A stretch of 64,000 bases of DNA, from positions 1,541 through 65,540 of the forward strand of contig CAZJQG010000008.1 in NCBI GenBank assembly GCA_964548415.1, read 5' to 3'. Position 1 is the first letter of the stretch. Each line of letters begins with the position of its first letter. Source of the DNA: an uncultured Dehalococcoidales bacterium (GTDB lineage: Bacteria; Chloroflexota; Dehalococcoidia; GIF9; UBA5629). The position numbers and the translations under genes are program-made. Shown here piece after piece: positions 24,843 to 34,106 of this stretch. The notes beneath the pieces were generated by a model, which saw only the letters and a program-made list of their open reading frames with translations, made no database searches and was not told where the DNA came from.

Positions 24843-25739
24843 TCATTCTCCTTTGGTAGCGGAGACCTTGGCCATTTCTTCAGATTTCTCCTCGATGTAA
24901 GACATGACTAAACTGGGAAGCATGGTACCCTTCTCGGTAATTATGCCCGTTACCAGGTTAAGCGGGATCCTATCGAAGCCGGGTTCGAGTTCGGTAGATT
25001 TTGAAACGTAACCGCGTATGGTAAATTTGGAGCTCTCGCAAGCTACAAAAAACGGTATGTTTTTCGACTTAGCTGCCTGTGCCAGTAAGCGAGTGGGCTT
25101 ACCGTTAATGAGATAACCGTCTCCCGTTATACTATCGGCCCCAACTAAAGCCTTATCGGCCTTAGATATGCGGAAATTTATGCTGGCATCGGGTATTATT
25201 TCGACCAGGATCTGATGCTTCATAAGCTGTGTGGCAGTGAGCTCTCCGTACGCTTTATCACCGAATTTAGATGCGGCTACTAGAACTCGGAACCGTGTTT
25301 CCCTTTGACTTGCCTGTTCAAGTACCTGACAGACTGTGGAACTAAAGCTACAGGTGACAATTGTGTCCAGGTCGCTGATGATACCGCTGGCGTACTCCAC
25401 GGTTTTAGAAAAGGCTTTCGTTGCCGTCTTTAACAGGTCTTTGCCTTTCAATTCAGCAAACCTTTTTATCGAGTCAACATCGGTATCCTTCCCATACCTG
25501 GTTAGAATCTGGTGAAGGAACTGGTTGGCATAGTAGGCTATAGGCGTTATGTTTGGCCTGGCGCTGGCCAACTCTTTTGCTATCAGTCTTATCTCTCTGA
25601 CGAATTCTTCAGACGTCGCCGCTCGGCTTTGGCTCACTGCCAGATTCAGAGTATTGATGGCGTGTAAGGCCAGCGAGCTGGCGCCATGTATGTCATCGCT
25701 CTTAAGCTGCTTGATTTCCTCTGATACGTTGTCGGTCAT
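24843..25739 (-). CDS. eIF-2B alpha/beta/delta-related family protein (sugar-phosphate isomerase-like)
   Basis: ...LVGADSITGDGYLINGKPTRLLAQAAKSKNIPFFVACESSKF, typical of the IF-2B/MtnA/R15P-isomerase family. Short (298 aa), as in archaeal e2b2-type members. Confidence 0.7.
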   Translation of the reverse strand: MTDNVSEEIKQLKSDDIHGASSLALHAINTLNLAVSQSRAATSEEFVREIRLIAKELASARPNITPIAYYANQFLHQILTRYGKDTDVDSIKRFAELKGKDLLKTATKAFSKTVEYASGIISDLDTIVTCSFSSTVCQVLEQASQRETRFRVLVAASKFGDKAYGELTATQLMKHQILVEIIPDASINFRISKADKALVGADSITGDGYLINGKPTRLLAQAAKSKNIPFFVACESSKFTIRGYVSKSTELEPGFDRIPLNLVTGIITEKGTMLPSLVMSYIEEKSEEMAKVSATKGE

Positions 25740-25805
25740 CGCATCCCTTAAGTCAATAGTATATAATAACTATTAGCGAAAAGTCTCAATTGGGGTGGTG
25801 GTTAA

Positions 25806-26753
25806 ATGGACGAGGCGGTACTCAGGCACAAATTTCTGGGGGCACTTCTAGGTACCGCAGTTGGCGATGCTATTGGTGCTGATTTCGAGGGAAGGCCTGC
25901 TGTTGAAGCTGCTGCTATAGAGCAGGCGGCAGATGTAAAGCCAGTCCTGGCCTATACCGATGATACCCACATGATGATCGGCATGGCTGAATCATTGGTG
26001 CAGAAGCAAGGCTTCGACGGCGAACACATGGCTCATGTTTTTATTCGCAACTATGAATCGGAACCTTGGCGAGGTTATGGTTCGGGGCCGCCTACCGTGT
26101 TCCGTATGATTATGTCCGGTGAGCATTGGGACAAAGCAGCTGATAAGTTATATCAAGGCGGCTCTTACGGAAACGGGTCGGCGATGCGGATAGCCCCCTT
26201 AGCACTCCTGTATCACGACGATTTGGATATGTTGAGAGAGGTATCATATCGGTCCAGTAGAATTACTCACAGCCATCCGCTCGGCAAAGAAGGTGCGGCG
26301 CTGCAAGCCTTTGCCATTGCTATGCTGGTAACAGTCACGGACCGGGGGAGCTTTAGTTCGAATGAATTTTTATCCAGGCTGATTGACTTAAGTCAACTTG
26401 AGATTTATAAGAAGAAATTGCACAACGCGGGTACTTTACTTGCAGACCCGGATAAAACCAAAATCATCAGTGAACTGGGCAATGGCGTGGAAGCTTTTAA
26501 CTCCGTACCGACGGCGATATTATGCTTTCTAGCGCACCAGGACTCATTTAAATCTGCAGTACTGTTTGCCGCCAGCCTCGGTGGCGACGCGGATACTATT
26601 GTCGCTATGACCGGTGCCTTGTCCGGCGCTTATCTCGGCATTAAATCTATGCCGGATGAGTGGCACGATAAACTTGAAAATCGAGAATACATCGAGGAAC
26701 TGGCGTCGGTTCTCTACGAAGTTTGGGAGAGAATCCGGAAAAAAATTGCTTAG
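25806..26753 (+). CDS. ADP-ribosylglycohydrolase family protein
   Basis: GALLGTAVGDAIGADFEG...YTDDTHM...GNGSAMRIAP...GGDADTI. Confidence 0.8.
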   Translation: MDEAVLRHKFLGALLGTAVGDAIGADFEGRPAVEAAAIEQAADVKPVLAYTDDTHMMIGMAESLVQKQGFDGEHMAHVFIRNYESEPWRGYGSGPPTVFRMIMSGEHWDKAADKLYQGGSYGNGSAMRIAPLALLYHDDLDMLREVSYRSSRITHSHPLGKEGAALQAFAIAMLVTVTDRGSFSSNEFLSRLIDLSQLEIYKKKLHNAGTLLADPDKTKIISELGNGVEAFNSVPTAILCFLAHQDSFKSAVLFAASLGGDADTIVAMTGALSGAYLGIKSMPDEWHDKLENREYIEELASVLYEVWERIRKKIA

Positions 26754-27724
26754 ATATGCAATTCGATGATGTCGTTGTCCTTCAGCACGTGATCCTGACT
26801 TACACGCTGGCCGTCGAATTTTCCGGAGCCCCAGACAACGGCGTATTTTAGTTTCGACTTAAAGTCTTTATGTACATCTTCCGCTGCGTCCTTAACTGTG
26901 CTGCCGGCTTTAAGTATTATAGGGTCGGTCAGGTCGGCTTTCTTGCCCGGGCTCTTAGTATGGACTCTTATAACGCGCAGTGCTTGAAATACATTCTTCT
27001 TTAAATCTGCCAGGTCTTTACCGGTGACGGCGGACAGCGAGGCTACGGGGAATCTTGCCGAATAATGCATTTTTATTTGCTTCCAACCCGTTTCGGATTC
27101 GTCCAGGTCGCTTTTATTGCCGATAACCATTATTTTTTTGGGGCGTTTGCCGATTAAACTTTCAGAAGAGACGTTTGTCGGTACTATACCTACCGTGTCC
27201 AATTCCTGGAGGGTCGATTCCACCTGTTCCACCGGACCTTTACTTAAGTCCGCTACGATGGCTATAAGGTCGGCGTTCCGGGCGATGTTATTAAGCCAGA
27301 CGCGAGAGTCCTTGCCGGTAACGGGAGGTGTGTCCACCAGTTGGATTTGTACATTTTCGAATTTCATCATTCCTATATTTGGGGTTTTGGTGGTATAAGG
27401 GTAATCGCCTATATCGGGTAGAGCATCGGTTACGGCGGCGAGTAGTTGAGACTTGCCCGAGTTCGGCAGCCCTACCAGGGCTACCTGTCCGGCGCCTTCT
27501 CTCCTTATGTAGAAGCTGGCCCGGCTGGTGCTGGCTTTCCGTTCCGCCTCTTCAGTAAGCTTGGCGATCCTCCGTCTCAGGTCGCCATACAGGTGGTCCG
27601 TGCCCTTGTGCCTGGGCATGATGGCGAGCATGGTCTCAAGCGCCTCGATTTTATCCTCGGGCGCCCTGGCGGCCCGGTATCTTTTTTCGGCGTCGTAGTA
27701 CTGTGGCGGTAGATTAGCCGGCAT
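26750..27724 (-). CDS. DRG-like (Obg/DRG family) GTP-binding protein with C-terminal TGS domain
   Basis: Helical N-terminus (...HKGTDHLYGDLRRRIAKLTEE...), G1 GLPNSGKS, G2 YPYTT, G4 NKSD, and a TGS-like tail IRVHTKSPGKK...KYAVVWGSGKFDGQRVSQDHVLKDNDIIELH. The G3 position reads DTPP. Confidence 0.7.
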   Translation of the reverse strand: MPANLPPQYYDAEKRYRAARAPEDKIEALETMLAIMPRHKGTDHLYGDLRRRIAKLTEEAERKASTSRASFYIRREGAGQVALVGLPNSGKSQLLAAVTDALPDIGDYPYTTKTPNIGMMKFENVQIQLVDTPPVTGKDSRVWLNNIARNADLIAIVADLSKGPVEQVESTLQELDTVGIVPTNVSSESLIGKRPKKIMVIGNKSDLDESETGWKQIKMHYSARFPVASLSAVTGKDLADLKKNVFQALRVIRVHTKSPGKKADLTDPIILKAGSTVKDAAEDVHKDFKSKLKYAVVWGSGKFDGQRVSQDHVLKDNDIIELHI

Positions 27725-27868
27725 AATTAAGCGAACCTATTTAGCGCTATAATTCTATCATAATAGCTGTGGCCTTATTAAGCTTGTGAGAACCCGGCTT
27801 ACCGTATCCAAAGATAAGATATAAAGGGGTAGTAAGTTGACTGCCGCATCTGGTAAAATGCCGAAGAA

Positions 27869-28348
27869 ATGAGCGGCAGGAATATTGTTAAACTGGTGGT
27901 AAGCCTTGTTGCCTGTCTGGCTGCCGGTGCTTTAGGTTCTGTATTTACCAGAAGCGCCATTTCAACCTGGTATGCCACCCTGGCCAAGCCCGCTTTTACG
28001 CCGCCGAACTGGCTATTCGCTCCAGTGTGGACGGCACTTTACATTCTTATGGGAGTCGCTGCGTTTCTGGTATGGCGAAAGGGTTCGGGAGACAGACAAG
28101 TCAGAATAGCGCTCATCGTCTTCTTAGTGCAGCTGGTTTTAAATGCCTTATGGTCGTTTGTATTCTTCGGGCTACACTCTCCGCTCGGTGGACTGATTGT
28201 GATCTCAACCTTATGGGCGGCCATATTGGTCACGGCTGTACTTTTTTATAGAGTTTCCCGAGTAGCCAGCGTGCTTCTCTGGCCATATTTGATTTGGGTG
28301 AGTTTCGCCGCAGTATTGAATGGCTCCATATGGATGCTGAACCACTAG
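27869..28348 (+). CDS. tspO: TspO/MBR family tryptophan-rich sensory protein
   Basis: ...WYATLAKPAFTPPNWLFAPVWTALYILMGVAAFLVW... with five TM segments. Confidence 0.85.
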   Translation: MSGRNIVKLVVSLVACLAAGALGSVFTRSAISTWYATLAKPAFTPPNWLFAPVWTALYILMGVAAFLVWRKGSGDRQVRIALIVFLVQLVLNALWSFVFFGLHSPLGGLIVISTLWAAILVTAVLFYRVSRVASVLLWPYLIWVSFAAVLNGSIWMLNH

Positions 28349-28386
28349 TATTGTACTGAATAATCTCTGCCCATTTAACTTAGGAA

Positions 28387-29223
28387 ATGAAAGCTGTAAA
28401 TTATTGCTATGAATGCCTGAGCAAGCTGGCACTGCAGGCTACTGAACTGGGCACCGACAGCGAATCGATTAGAAAGTTAGCACTGGACCAAGGCTTGAAG
28501 ATATTAGACGACAATTTTTCCACAGGCTGCGTGTCAATTGTCGTAGCCACCAAAATGCACGATGTCATAAAAAAGATAACCGGCAACCCAGACCCTTACC
28601 GGTCAATGAAAGACAAGGAGATAGAGATTGGCCGGGAGATATCTGATCAAATGACCATCGACAACACCGACTTTATAAGTTGCTTGAAGTTTTCTGCCTT
28701 AGGAAACAGCATAGATTTTTTCAGGCCTCTGGAAGTGATCTTAAATGACATGAGGCAGCCCGTAAATTTTGTGATAGATGACTCACGGCGATTTGAAGCG
28801 AAAGTTAGTCAGGCATCAAGGATGCTGTTTCTGGCGGATAATGCCGGTGAGGCGTTTTTCGATTTACCTCTTTTGGGATGGCTAAGACGATGGTCTTCCG
28901 TCGCCTATGTAGTGAAGTCGGCACCAGTCCAAAATGATATTACCGTTGCTGATATAAAACTGGCCGGGCTGGAAACAGAGCTGGGAGAAATATTGACCAC
29001 CGGTACAGCCACCCCCGGCATAGATTTTTCCCAAGCATCATCGGAATTTGTGAAGAAGTTCAATTTGGCTGACTTAGTCTTTGCCAAGGGGATGGGATAC
29101 TACGAGTCTTTGTCCGAATTACCAGCTGAAGGCAGGGTCTTCTACTGTCTTCGGGCTAAATGTCAGCCGGTAGCCGATTCGCTAAAGGTGCCGATTAACA
29201 GTTACGTAGCTATGCTCCGCTAG
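28387..29223 (+). CDS. DUF89 / ARMT1-like damage-control phosphatase family protein
   Basis: ...DPYRSMKDKE...LFLADNAGEAFFDL...AKGMGYYESL. Confidence 0.7.
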   Translation: MKAVNYCYECLSKLALQATELGTDSESIRKLALDQGLKILDDNFSTGCVSIVVATKMHDVIKKITGNPDPYRSMKDKEIEIGREISDQMTIDNTDFISCLKFSALGNSIDFFRPLEVILNDMRQPVNFVIDDSRRFEAKVSQASRMLFLADNAGEAFFDLPLLGWLRRWSSVAYVVKSAPVQNDITVADIKLAGLETELGEILTTGTATPGIDFSQASSEFVKKFNLADLVFAKGMGYYESLSELPAEGRVFYCLRAKCQPVADSLKVPINSYVAMLR

Positions 29224-30148
29224 TATCGCATTTGTCGTGGGCCTGCTTGTCTAAAGAACAAAACGTGTCGCTAGGGCTGCACTGCTGACATTCCATCTGC
29301 AGCATGGTGTGTTGAATCGAAAATCGAGTCTTCAGTATATTTTCCAGTTGCCTACGGATCTCGGCTGCCTGGCTGACCAGCAGGTCATCGACCAGTACGT
29401 GACTGCTCATGGCATTTAACTGAGGGGAAATAGCCCAGACATGGACGTCGTGTATATCCTTTACGCCCGGTATCCCTCGCAAAGCTTTGATCATTTCCTC
29501 TACGTTGATACCGGCGGGAGTAGCTTCAAGAAGTACCCGAAGACCTTCCCTTAGAATGCGGTAAGCAGCAAAACCTATGATAATGCTGATGAGTACGCTG
29601 ATCAGTGGATCAACCCAGTAATATCCCGTGAATAATATTATGACGCCGCCAATGATCACTCCGATAGAGGCCAGAGCATCGCCAAAAGCGTGCCAAAAAG
29701 CACTTTGTATATTAATATTGACGCGCTGTTCCCGGCGCAGCCAGAAGGTAACGAAGAGATTAACCGCCAATCCTACTAAGGCCACCGACATCATTAGAAT
29801 CGAGTTGATTTCAGGGGGCTGCTGCAAGCGGCGGTAAGCTTCGTAAAGGATGATCGCCGCAATAGCGAAGATGCTAATGGCATTGACAATGGCTACTATA
29901 ACACCGATTCTATGGTAGCCGTAGGTCATGCGGCTGCTAGGCGGACGCTCCGCCTGCCTCAACGCGTACCAACTTAGAGACAGAGCCATGATATCGGTGA
30001 CTACATGACCGGCGTCGCTCAGTAATGCCAGGCTATTGGATATGAAACCGCCAATTACTTCGGCAGCTAAAATAATAGCCGTGAATATTATACCGAGCTT
30101 TAATTTACTGGCTGCAGGTAAAGGTTCATTATGTGTGTGTTCAGTCAT
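29210..30148 (-). CDS. Cation diffusion facilitator (CzcD/ZitB-like) metal efflux transporter
   Basis: LALLSDAGHVVTD...AFWHAFGDALASIG...HDVHVWAIS, with six TM segments. Confidence 0.85.
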   Translation of the reverse strand: MTEHTHNEPLPAASKLKLGIIFTAIILAAEVIGGFISNSLALLSDAGHVVTDIMALSLSWYALRQAERPPSSRMTYGYHRIGVIVAIVNAISIFAIAAIILYEAYRRLQQPPEINSILMMSVALVGLAVNLFVTFWLRREQRVNINIQSAFWHAFGDALASIGVIIGGVIILFTGYYWVDPLISVLISIIIGFAAYRILREGLRVLLEATPAGINVEEMIKALRGIPGVKDIHDVHVWAISPQLNAMSSHVLVDDLLVSQAAEIRRQLENILKTRFSIQHTMLQMECQQCSPSDTFCSLDKQAHDKCDTSGA

Positions 30149-30243
30149 TGGCCTGTCCTCATATTAACAGAGACTGCTAATAATTAATGTTAGCCCCATA
30201 ATAGGGGATTATCAAGACTGGCAATTCGTTACGGCAAAGGCGA

Positions 30244-30939
30244 TCACAGGTAATCCGTGATTTGAGTCAGGCTGTGGATTCGCGGACAATCGGTTATGTC
30301 CGTAAAGTAATCGTGACGGTCGATAAGAATAGCGTTTATGCCGACGCCGCGAGCGCCGACAATGTCTATCTGGTACTGGTCTCCTACGTATATGGTTTCT
30401 TCCGGATTGGCGGCAGCTTTCTTAAGTGCTGCCTGAAATATCTCAGGACGAGGCTTGTCATAGCCGACTTCCGCCGAAGTCACTTTAAAGTTTAGATAGG
30501 GCTGAAGTCCCAGTTTGGCAAACGTTGACTCCATATCTTGAGCCACGTTCGAAATCAATCCGATAATTAGGCTGCGTTTCTTTAGTATTTCGAGAGCGGG
30601 CAAGGCATCATCATAGGCCTTAAATTCCCATTTGACTTCCCTTATTTTAGCCAGTATTTTAAGTGCCTGTTCACGGGTGATTTGAGCACCGGCTCCGCCG
30701 ATTATTTTGTCTATATATTCAACGTAGAAATTTATCTGCTCTTCGAGACTTTTTTTATCTATTGGCGACCTTGAGTTTTCGTTACGGTAATAAATGTCGG
30801 CCATAGATAGGGAACTGAATAAGTCTTTGGCTTCTACGTGAATACCGAGCTCGCGGGATGCATTTATGTAGATTTCTTCCCTGGGCGGGGAGTAGCTGGC
30901 CAGTGTATTGTAGAAGTCGAAGAAAACAGCCTTAATCAT
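30244..30939 (-). CDS. HAD-superfamily hydrolase, subfamily IA; motif I is D-x-Y rather than D-x-D
   Basis: AVFFDFYNTL, ...GLISNVAQ..., ...YDKPRPEIF..., ...YVGDQYQIDIVGA. Confidence 0.75.
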   Translation of the reverse strand: MIKAVFFDFYNTLASYSPPREEIYINASRELGIHVEAKDLFSSLSMADIYYRNENSRSPIDKKSLEEQINFYVEYIDKIIGGAGAQITREQALKILAKIREVKWEFKAYDDALPALEILKKRSLIIGLISNVAQDMESTFAKLGLQPYLNFKVTSAEVGYDKPRPEIFQAALKKAAANPEETIYVGDQYQIDIVGARGVGINAILIDRHDYFTDITDCPRIHSLTQITDYL

Positions 30940-30981
30940 TTTCTATGAAAATTCTAGAAGATAGCACCACAGGTGTCAACA

Positions 30982-32613
30982 CTATAGGTCGATCAGACCT
31001 ATCTGGTTCCAGGTGAAACCATTATTATTGCTTATTGAGAAGGCACTCTGGTCATTATTTCCACCGCCAAAGGCGCTTGTGCCGCAATAAGCCACCCGGC
31101 CGTCAGCCGACCATGCGACGCGTGCCTGTCCAGGCCCGGTTGGAGGTTTCTGGCTGCTTTGCCACGTGGGATACTGCGAATTCGGGTCGGCAGCAAAATA
31201 GACCTGTGGGCCCCGGAAAAGGGACACAGTGGATGCCGATACGGCACCGGCCAGGAGCTTACCCCCGCTGAAGAAACCGTAATGTGCCAAGCTGCACACG
31301 ACGTCGTTGCGAACATACAGTCTGTAGCACACGGTGTCGTCTATGCGATAGACGTCGTCGTTTGGATTCCCGGCGGAGGTCAGTCCTGGAGGGTTATCGG
31401 TCCAGCATGCGTAAACATGTCTGTTGCCCGGTGATGAGCCGTTATAGTCTGCCGGCAAAGCGATGTCGGCATATGTAAGCGGAGTACCGGGTGTATCCTG
31501 GCCCGATTGCGATATTTGTACTGGATAACCCGATGAATTGTTCCATATCGTGGTGTTCCCTCCCAGGTCTCTGGTGCCCATATAGAGATAGGTATTGTCT
31601 GTGCCCGGGCCGGTGGCCGCCACAGCTAGAATGGTACCGTCAAAATCGAACGCCGGTGAAAAGTCGATAGCGAAAATATCGGCATCTATCCAACCCGCAG
31701 CGTTTGTGCTCATGTCTTGCCAGCCGCCGGCAAAGCCAGCCACTATATTTACCCATATCTTGCCGTTACCATTGCCTCTTGATGTACCTACGGCAATATC
31801 CCGTTGCCCGTAACCTGGAGAAATGGCGATGCATTCCACCCGCTCCGCTCCACCAAGCGTGGCGCCAAGTCCGGTGGAGCCAAAACTGTTGCCGCCATCC
31901 GTAGACAAAAAGACTTCGGTCCCGGCGTTAGTGACCACCGCAACTATTCTTGGATCGTCCGGAGCTATAGCCAGACCGGTCCAGGGCCCGGCCGCACCAA
32001 TGCCCTTTGATATATCGATCCAGCCGTAACCGCCCTGGTCCGATTTATAGAGTTTGGCGTGGGAAGAATCTACGGCATATACCGTATTGTCGTAACCCAC
32101 TGCGATATGAGTAACATCGCTGTTTGGGACTATGAGTAATGTACTGACTATCGGGTTTATCACTGGCATCTCGATCTGGGGTTTGGCCTCCGCTTTTGGG
32201 ATTGAAACAGTGAATGTAACCGAGGCGGGCGTAGAAACATTATCAGCCTTGTCGTGAGCCTTAACAAAGAAAGTATAAACGCCATCGCGCAGGTTGGTAT
32301 ATGTTCTGGTGGTGGCGGATGTAAATGATGAGTAGTCGGCCTCATGGCCTTTGAGGTAGTAGGAGTAAGTCAGTTTGTAAGTGGGAGTCCGGCCGTCGCT
32401 TCCTGTCCAATTGAAGGTGACATTGTCAGAAGCGACGGTTTCTGGTGGAGCTACCGTGATTGTGACCTGTGGTGGCGTGGTATCAGTCCCTTCAGTATGT
32501 GCCTCGCTTGGCGGTACGGTAGTGGCCACCGGTGGCATAAGGCAACCGCCAATTGCTACAGTGAGTAATCCCAGTACGAGTATAAAAAATCGGTGCTGTC
32601 TTATCTTAGTCAT
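30982..32613 (-). CDS. Exported lipoprotein: Ig/FN3-like domain plus Asp-box (BNR-like) beta-propeller
   Basis: Signal/lipobox LLTVAIGGC. Ig-like segment NVTFNWTGSDGRTP...DGVYTFFVKAHDKADN. Asp-box-like STDGGNSFG, KSDQGGYGW and SNNNGFTW. Confidence 0.55.
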   Translation of the reverse strand: MTKIRQHRFFILVLGLLTVAIGGCLMPPVATTVPPSEAHTEGTDTTPPQVTITVAPPETVASDNVTFNWTGSDGRTPTYKLTYSYYLKGHEADYSSFTSATTRTYTNLRDGVYTFFVKAHDKADNVSTPASVTFTVSIPKAEAKPQIEMPVINPIVSTLLIVPNSDVTHIAVGYDNTVYAVDSSHAKLYKSDQGGYGWIDISKGIGAAGPWTGLAIAPDDPRIVAVVTNAGTEVFLSTDGGNSFGSTGLGATLGGAERVECIAISPGYGQRDIAVGTSRGNGNGKIWVNIVAGFAGGWQDMSTNAAGWIDADIFAIDFSPAFDFDGTILAVAATGPGTDNTYLYMGTRDLGGNTTIWNNSSGYPVQISQSGQDTPGTPLTYADIALPADYNGSSPGNRHVYACWTDNPPGLTSAGNPNDDVYRIDDTVCYRLYVRNDVVCSLAHYGFFSGGKLLAGAVSASTVSLFRGPQVYFAADPNSQYPTWQSSQKPPTGPGQARVAWSADGRVAYCGTSAFGGGNNDQSAFSISNNNGFTWNQIGLIDL

Positions 32614-32738
32614 AGGCTAACGTCTCTAATTTTGATGCGTTTTCGATTCTAACACAAAGATATAAAAAGGTCACTTTGGAGCTTTTGACACTCGGACACA
32701 AAGTTGCTAAGCTTGGTTAAGCTCAGAGGAGGTTCAAT

Positions 32739-34106
32739 TTGGCCGAGGAAAAAAGCAAAATCGATATGGATAAAATCGTTTCGCTGTGCAAGCGGCGCGG
32801 CTTTATCTTCCCCAGCAGCGAGATATACGGGGGCTTAGGCAGCAGCTGGGATTACGGGCCTCTGGGCACCGAATTAAAGCGAAACGTTAAAGATGCTTGG
32901 TGGCGGGCTGTGGTACAGGAACGGGATGACGTGGTCGGTCTGGACGCTAGCATTATAATGCATCCGCAGACCTGGATTGCTAGCGGACACGTAGATAGTT
33001 TTAGCGACCCCCTGGTAGAATGTAAGTCCTGCCACCTCAGACAGCGCGCTACGGACTTAGTTGGAAATGTTTGTCCCGACTGCGGCGGTGTTTTAACCGA
33101 GCCGAAGCAGTTTAATTTAATGTTCAAGACTTTTATGGGTCCTGTGGAAGACGAGGCCAGCGTTGTATACCTGCGCCCAGAAACTGCCCAGGGCATATTT
33201 GTGAATTTCGATAACATTCTTGCCACATCGCGAAAAAAGTTGCCGTTCGGTATTGCACAGATAGGTAAGTCGTTTCGGAATGAAATCACCACCGGCAATT
33301 TTATTTTCAGGACACGAGAGTTTGAGCAAATGGAGCTCGAATATTTTGTAAAGCCTGGGACCGACGATGAGTGGTTTAATTATTGGGTAAATGAGAGATT
33401 CCATTGGTACCTGAATCTGGGAATTAAATCGGATAATTTGCATCTGCGCCAGCACTGTGATGAAGAACTGGCTCATTATGCCAAAGGTTGTTATGATGTC
33501 GAATATCTATTTCCTATGGGGTGGGCTGAATTAGAAGGTATAGCCAACCGTGGCGATTTCGACCTGACTCAACATGCCAAGCATAGTGGTAAAAACCTGA
33601 CCTATTTCGATGAGGAATCTGGGGAGCGGTATGTACCGTTCGTCATTGAGCCATCGGCAGGCGTAGACCGCTCACTTCTGGCATTTCTGGTCGACGCCTA
33701 CGATGAGGATGTAGCTGACGGCGAACCCAGAGCAGTTTTAAGGCTTGACCACCGGCTGGCTCCTGTAAAAATAGCAGTTTTACCGCTAAGTAGAAATGAG
33801 AAATTGGCGCCGTTGGCCAGAGAGGTATATGCCGAACTTCGACGCCACTTTGTCACGCAGTATGACGATGCGCAGAGCATTGGTCGCCGTTATAGAAGGC
33901 AGGACGAGATAGGGACTCCTTTCTGTGTAACTATCGATTTTAAGTCCCTGGAAGACGGCCAGGTCACGGTTCGTGATCGTGACAGTCTGGCACAGATTAG
34001 AGTCCCCGTAAAAGAACTGGTAAATACGCTGCAAGCGAAGCTGGGAGGCGAAGCCTTTGATGCCCAACCATTGTGGGCAACGAGAACCTCTAATGCCGGG
34101 GAATAA
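32739..34106 (+). CDS. glyQS: Glycine--tRNA ligase (homodimeric GlyQS type)
   Basis: ...[25 protein letters not shown]...[25 protein letters not shown]... TTG start behind AGAGGAGG. Confidence 0.9.
   Translation: MAEEKSKIDMDKIVSLCKRRGFIFPSSEIYGGLGSSWDYGPLGTELKRNVKDAWWRAVVQERDDVVGLDASIIMHPQTWIASGHVDSFSDPLVECKSCHLRQRATDLVGNVCPDCGGVLTEPKQFNLMFKTFMGPVEDEASVVYLRPETAQGIFVNFDNILATSRKKLPFGIAQIGKSFRNEITTGNFIFRTREFEQMELEYFVKPGTDDEWFNYWVNERFHWYLNLGIKSDNLHLRQHCDEELAHYAKGCYDVEYLFPMGWAELEGIANRGDFDLTQHAKHSGKNLTYFDEESGERYVPFVIEPSAGVDRSLLAFLVDAYDEDVADGEPRAVLRLDHRLAPVKIAVLPLSRNEKLAPLAREVYAELRRHFVTQYDDAQSIGRRYRRQDEIGTPFCVTIDFKSLEDGQVTVRDRDSLAQIRVPVKELVNTLQAKLGGEAFDAQPLWATRTSNAGE

Noticed and set aside
27837-27859. 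TTGACT ... TAAAAT promoter-like boxes upstream of tspO
   Set aside because: The spacer between the two hexamers is only 11 nt by my count, which is incompatible with a sigma70-type promoter.
32614-32738. T-box leader upstream of glyQS (and upstream of cysE at 60862-60950)
   Set aside because: The spacers are only about 125 and 90 nt, with an apparent promoter (TTGACA-N17-TAAGCT) about 25 nt from the glyQS start. I recognised no T-box sequence or terminator/antiterminator.
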